A stretch of 64,000 nucleotides of DNA from Macrostomum lignano. Lineage: Eukaryota. This document shows, in pieces, positions 60,500 through 64,000 of the stretch. The notes under the pieces are model-generated. The model ran no database searches. It was given only the letters and a program-made list of their open reading frames with translations, and was not told the DNA's origin. How positions within the stretch are numbered: position 1 is the first letter of the stretch; each line of letters begins with the position of its first letter. A program made the position numbers and the translations under genes. The stretch is from NCBI GenBank assembly GCA_002269645.1, contig NIVC01001505.1, positions 212,481 through 276,480 of the forward strand, given 5' to 3'.

Positions 60500-61230
60500 T
60501 ACTGAACAACGCCGAATGAGAACGGAGACACCCGCAAAACTGCTATTTGGCCGCGACATAAGAGCAAATTTCCAAACCTCGCAGAACAACCAAGGCCAAT
60601 GAAACACAGAACGAGCTAGTGACCACATTAAAACAGGAACCGCACCAAGTATTCAAGCGACACTTCAAGGTCGGTGATCTGGTACGTGTTCGTTAGCCAC
60701 ATGTGCCAAAGGGCAGGTCCCCTTTCACCTCTCCATTCAAAGTCATCAAAGTGGTTGGCAACTTCACATACCGATTGGACAATGGAAAGGTTTGGACTGC
60801 GCGCAACTTGGTACCATTCAGACAACAAGCGATAGATCCAGTCGAGATACAGTCAAGTGGAGCGCGCCAACACCGGCCAACAGCATGTCCGTCGGTCTAA
60901 AAGACAAAACAAAGGAATGCCACCTAACCGACTGATTGAGGAAGTATGAACAATCAAGTGGAGAGTGCACTATTTAAGGAGGGGGGAAGTTGATATGGAT
61001 TTTAACTGTGAACTTTTACGCATGCGATTGAACTATCTATGTCATAATTCTCGAAGACCCAGACAGTTACTAAAGAGCTGGGCGCACTAGGGAAAATGGA
61101 ATTAACTAACGAACGAGCGGAGCGAGACAAGGGCTCCTACGATAACGAATTATTTCCGCTCTTTTTTGTTAACACAAATATACGATTAGTATAGACGGAA
61201 CGAGCCGTCTTACGAATACACATCATATCA
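60500..61230 (+). mobile_element. Degenerate Ty3/Gypsy LTR-retrotransposon 3' remnant (integrase end, PPT, 3' LTR)
   Basis: Disrupted reading: TPAKLLFGRDIR, FKVGDLVRVR, SPFTSPFKVIKVVGNFTYRLDNGKVWTARNL (GPF/Y-like). PPT AAGGAGGGGGGAAG at 60976-60989. LTR 60991-61230 is bounded by the 7-bp inverted repeat TGATATG...CATATCA. Confidence 0.8.
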
Positions 61231-62460
61231 GAAGCAGAAAAAACTTATCACTGTAGCATTTGACAATATAGGTACGAATTGCAATACATTCAATACCTCT
61301 TTCGACGCGTCACATCAACAGTGCGTACTATTTTGTGCCTCGCAAAGCTGCTCTAACGACGCATTAATCGATTTTTCGTGTTAAATTGGTCTTGTCATTC
61401 TTTTAAACGTTTTTATCAAGTGACAGAGCAATTTAACATGAAAAATCGATTAATGCGTCGTTAGAGCAGCATGCGAGGCACATAATAGTGTGAGTAGAAC
61501 TTTTTCTGACACTGTTAAAGACCCAATCACTTGTTTTAGTGTTGAAAATCGTGAAATTTCCAATCTCCGTAGTGTATTTTTCCGGTACAGCCTGCCTTTA
61601 AAACTAGTTCTGAACGAAAAGCTTTATGAATATCGATAGAGCAATAAGAAAGGCACAAGATATCAAAAGATGAACACTGGATCTGCTCCTATCAAAAGCA
61701 ATAACAATTTTTGTGCTGAAAAAAATGAAAACCTCCAATCTCTGTAGTGTATTTTTCGGCGAAAAGTTGCCTACAAAACATTTACCATAAATTTCGAGTG
61801 TAGCGTCCTATATACGAGCGAATATATTACTTGAGCATTGTTACTTGAGCATTGTATGTTACTTACACATGCATTTCAGCAGTAGCGTATTGCTACATTT
61901 ACATGCATGTGATTGTAGAATTTGATTGCAACGACTGGCACAGCTCAAAGGATGCATAGACGAATTCTTTGCATGAAGGCAATGTATTTCATTAATGACT
62001 GTTTACTGTAGTGCTCTATATCGTCTTTCTACTTTACTAGTTCGCTATCACATGGTTTATACGTTTCAATCTACGAGGTAAATCAGGCAGCCAAATGTTA
62101 TCATGCAAAAGCGCAGCAGTTAGAGAGAATGAATGCTCATGCCATGTGCTCAAACTATCTAACTAAACCCACTTTGCGAGTGTTTCATACTCTGCCTTCA
62201 TCAGCACAATAGACTGTACAGTGTGGGCAATGCCCTAAATTGCTTCTTTCAAATTTCTTTCTCAAACCTGACAGACTTTGTTGCGCTCAATTGTGTGCAG
62301 AACTTTCACAGTGCCTGCCGAGAGAGATGATATGTGCTTCAAGCTCTAAACTAAGGCCTAACCCCTATATACCCTGCACAATTGTAAGCTATATATTAAC
62401 CATTTCTTTCTTGCGTAGACTAACTCGCACCTTGCTGCTTTACTCGATCAGCTGAGAGCA

Positions 62461-63589
62461 ATGAACCAACTCAGGCGAAGATGGGCTTGGCTATCCTATA
62501 GACTGATTGGCAGACGGGCTCTGCTAATTGCAGCTCTATTGGCAGTTCTGATCACAGTTTTTCTTCTGCTTTCTAATAATAGCGATACAAGAAGCAGAGA
62601 GGCTCAAAAAGCTGAAAAGCATGCAACTGCGAAGCCCCCATTGCCAACAAAGTCTTCATCGCCGTCGCCAACGTCAATCCCTGAAAGCAAGCTGAAAATA
62701 CCAAAACGAATTCATCACTTCTTCGAAAATGCGGTTGACATTCCGGCGCCGCTGGCCCAAGCCGTTAACAGTTGGGCCAACAATCACAAAGACTACAACG
62801 CTTTTTTGGGATTCTCGTTATTTGGAGTCGCGCCTGCTGCCAGATCTCCCACTGTTTAAAGAGAACAAGCCGTGCTTCCAGATTGAACGTCGCACTGTTT
62901 CCCGGCTGTTACTGCTGATTAGCCAAGGCGGGTTGCTCGCCGATCCCGAGCTCATGTCTCTGCACAGCATTGACAGCTTCCTTAAGGGCTCGTATTGCGT
63001 GCTTGCGCAGGAACCGCCAGAGGCGGCGGTTTTGCTTTACGGAATCACAAATGGAAGCCTGCCAAGCCTGCGCTTTGCAGCCTGTCGGCCGGGCCATCCG
63101 TTCCTGCGCCTGCTGCTGAAGAACTTCTGCCGACGCGCTCTAGTACTGCACGGAGTCAACAGTTCCGAATCCAAGGCCCAACAAAAAGTGACAGCGTTGG
63201 CTTTGACTGCCGCCTTCGAGGCAGCCGTCGCTGCCTACGATGATACGTGCTCGCGTCGCGTGTGCGACCATCGAGATCGCATCGTGCTGGCCGATGCTAG
63301 TATCTTTCTACCTCTGTCGCCGAGTGGCGGTCTGCGCAGTCGTCTACTGACCGTCTGCCAAGATAATGCCGCTGCAGGCCGTGGATCGAAGTTCGAGCTG
63401 CGCGCGTGCAAACAATTGCGCAATCCGATGCGAGAGGACGGCACCCGGCTTGTCGCTGCATCGCTGGCGGTGCCCATGACGCTGTCGGATCGGGAGGCTG
63501 CGGCGGCTCGGCGAATCCGGTTGGACAGCATCGGCCCAAATGTCGGCCGGGCCGCTGTGCTGAACTGGTTGCTGCCGAACGCTCGCTAG
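62461..63589 (+). CDS. Type II membrane glycosyltransferase, GT32/OCH1-like DXD sugar-binding family; intronless, one frameshift at the T6 run 62802-62807
   Basis: Basic N-terminus plus TM (ALLIAALLAVLITVFLLL) and Pro/Ser stem. KIPKRIHHFF..AVNSWANNHKDY joins the next frame at (F)WDS..RTVSRLLLLISQGGLLADPE..SIDSFL..ACRPGHPFLRLLL, matching the GT32 pattern IPKIIH..SW..PDY..W..R..L...GG.Y.DxD..A.PGHPF. Confidence 0.75.
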
Positions 63590-64000
63590 TCCTGCATGAA
63601 GTCTGTGTCTATAAGCCCTGCATCGTCTTGGCTCTCCGTTTCTTTAGGCCCTCCCTTGTCAAAACAGTTATGCAAGCCTAGGAAAGCTTCTAGAAAGACA
63701 AAGACCTTATTTTTTGCAGGAAATATGAACTGCTTATAGTAATCGCATTACGAGCGTAATACTCGTACAACCAATGTGACTTTTATTACGAGCCTCAAAG
63801 TACTTGAACTATTCGATGAGATTTGTCTCTATGACCCAACAAAAGCTTGTAAATAAATCTGCGAGCTTATGATACAGCAATACGCTCGCATGTAATTTAA
63901 ATAGCAACATTTTTTTTACTAAACCATCGCCTTAGCAAATTTTCCAGCATTATTGGCTGGAGCTTGATTTAGAATTCGTTGTACATGCTCAAATTGTATA

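Noticed and set aside
62729-62810. Programmed ribosomal frameshift joining the two glycosyltransferase ORFs
   Set aside because: The shift is at a T6 homopolymer with no evident stimulatory structure, and the window shows other homopolymer indels, so an assembly error is more parsimonious.

Overview
Eukaryotic (bilaterian invertebrate) genomic DNA with GC-rich spliced exons and introns packed with mini- and microsatellites. The style resembles a free-living flatworm such as Macrostomum, but that is inference. I assembled the genes by hand from GT-AG sites and phase continuity. They are: (1) a tandem pair of short NF-kB/Rel-like genes on + (last exon of one paralog at 41-199; RHD+IPT exons at 2366-4716); (2) a 5-exon metabotropic glutamate receptor on - (17255-6769) with two 1-nt frameshifts; (3) a complete 23-exon, 1871-aa secreted protein on - (38540-18106; signal peptide, EGF, cadherin, furin site, 7 beta-rich repeats, a further beta domain, F5/8C, Asp-box tail); (4) an intronless polyQ orphan ORF (41751-42497); (5) a 5'-truncated RT-RNase H LINE (46586-49130) flanked by an 828-bp direct repeat; (6) a 6-exon epsin on - (56956-51705); (7) a GT32-type glycosyltransferase on + (62461-63589). 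There are also SINE, LINE, Gypsy and hAT-like remnants and about 20 tandem arrays. The most notable items are the 828-bp apparent target-site duplication, the large secreted protein, the Rel-like pair with a Cys-to-Ser recognition loop and upstream kB-like sites, an intron built from about 395 tandem CTAAC branch-point/STAR motifs, and a sharply CpG-depleted block. No CRISPR, rRNA or intact tRNA was found. All counts are manual.
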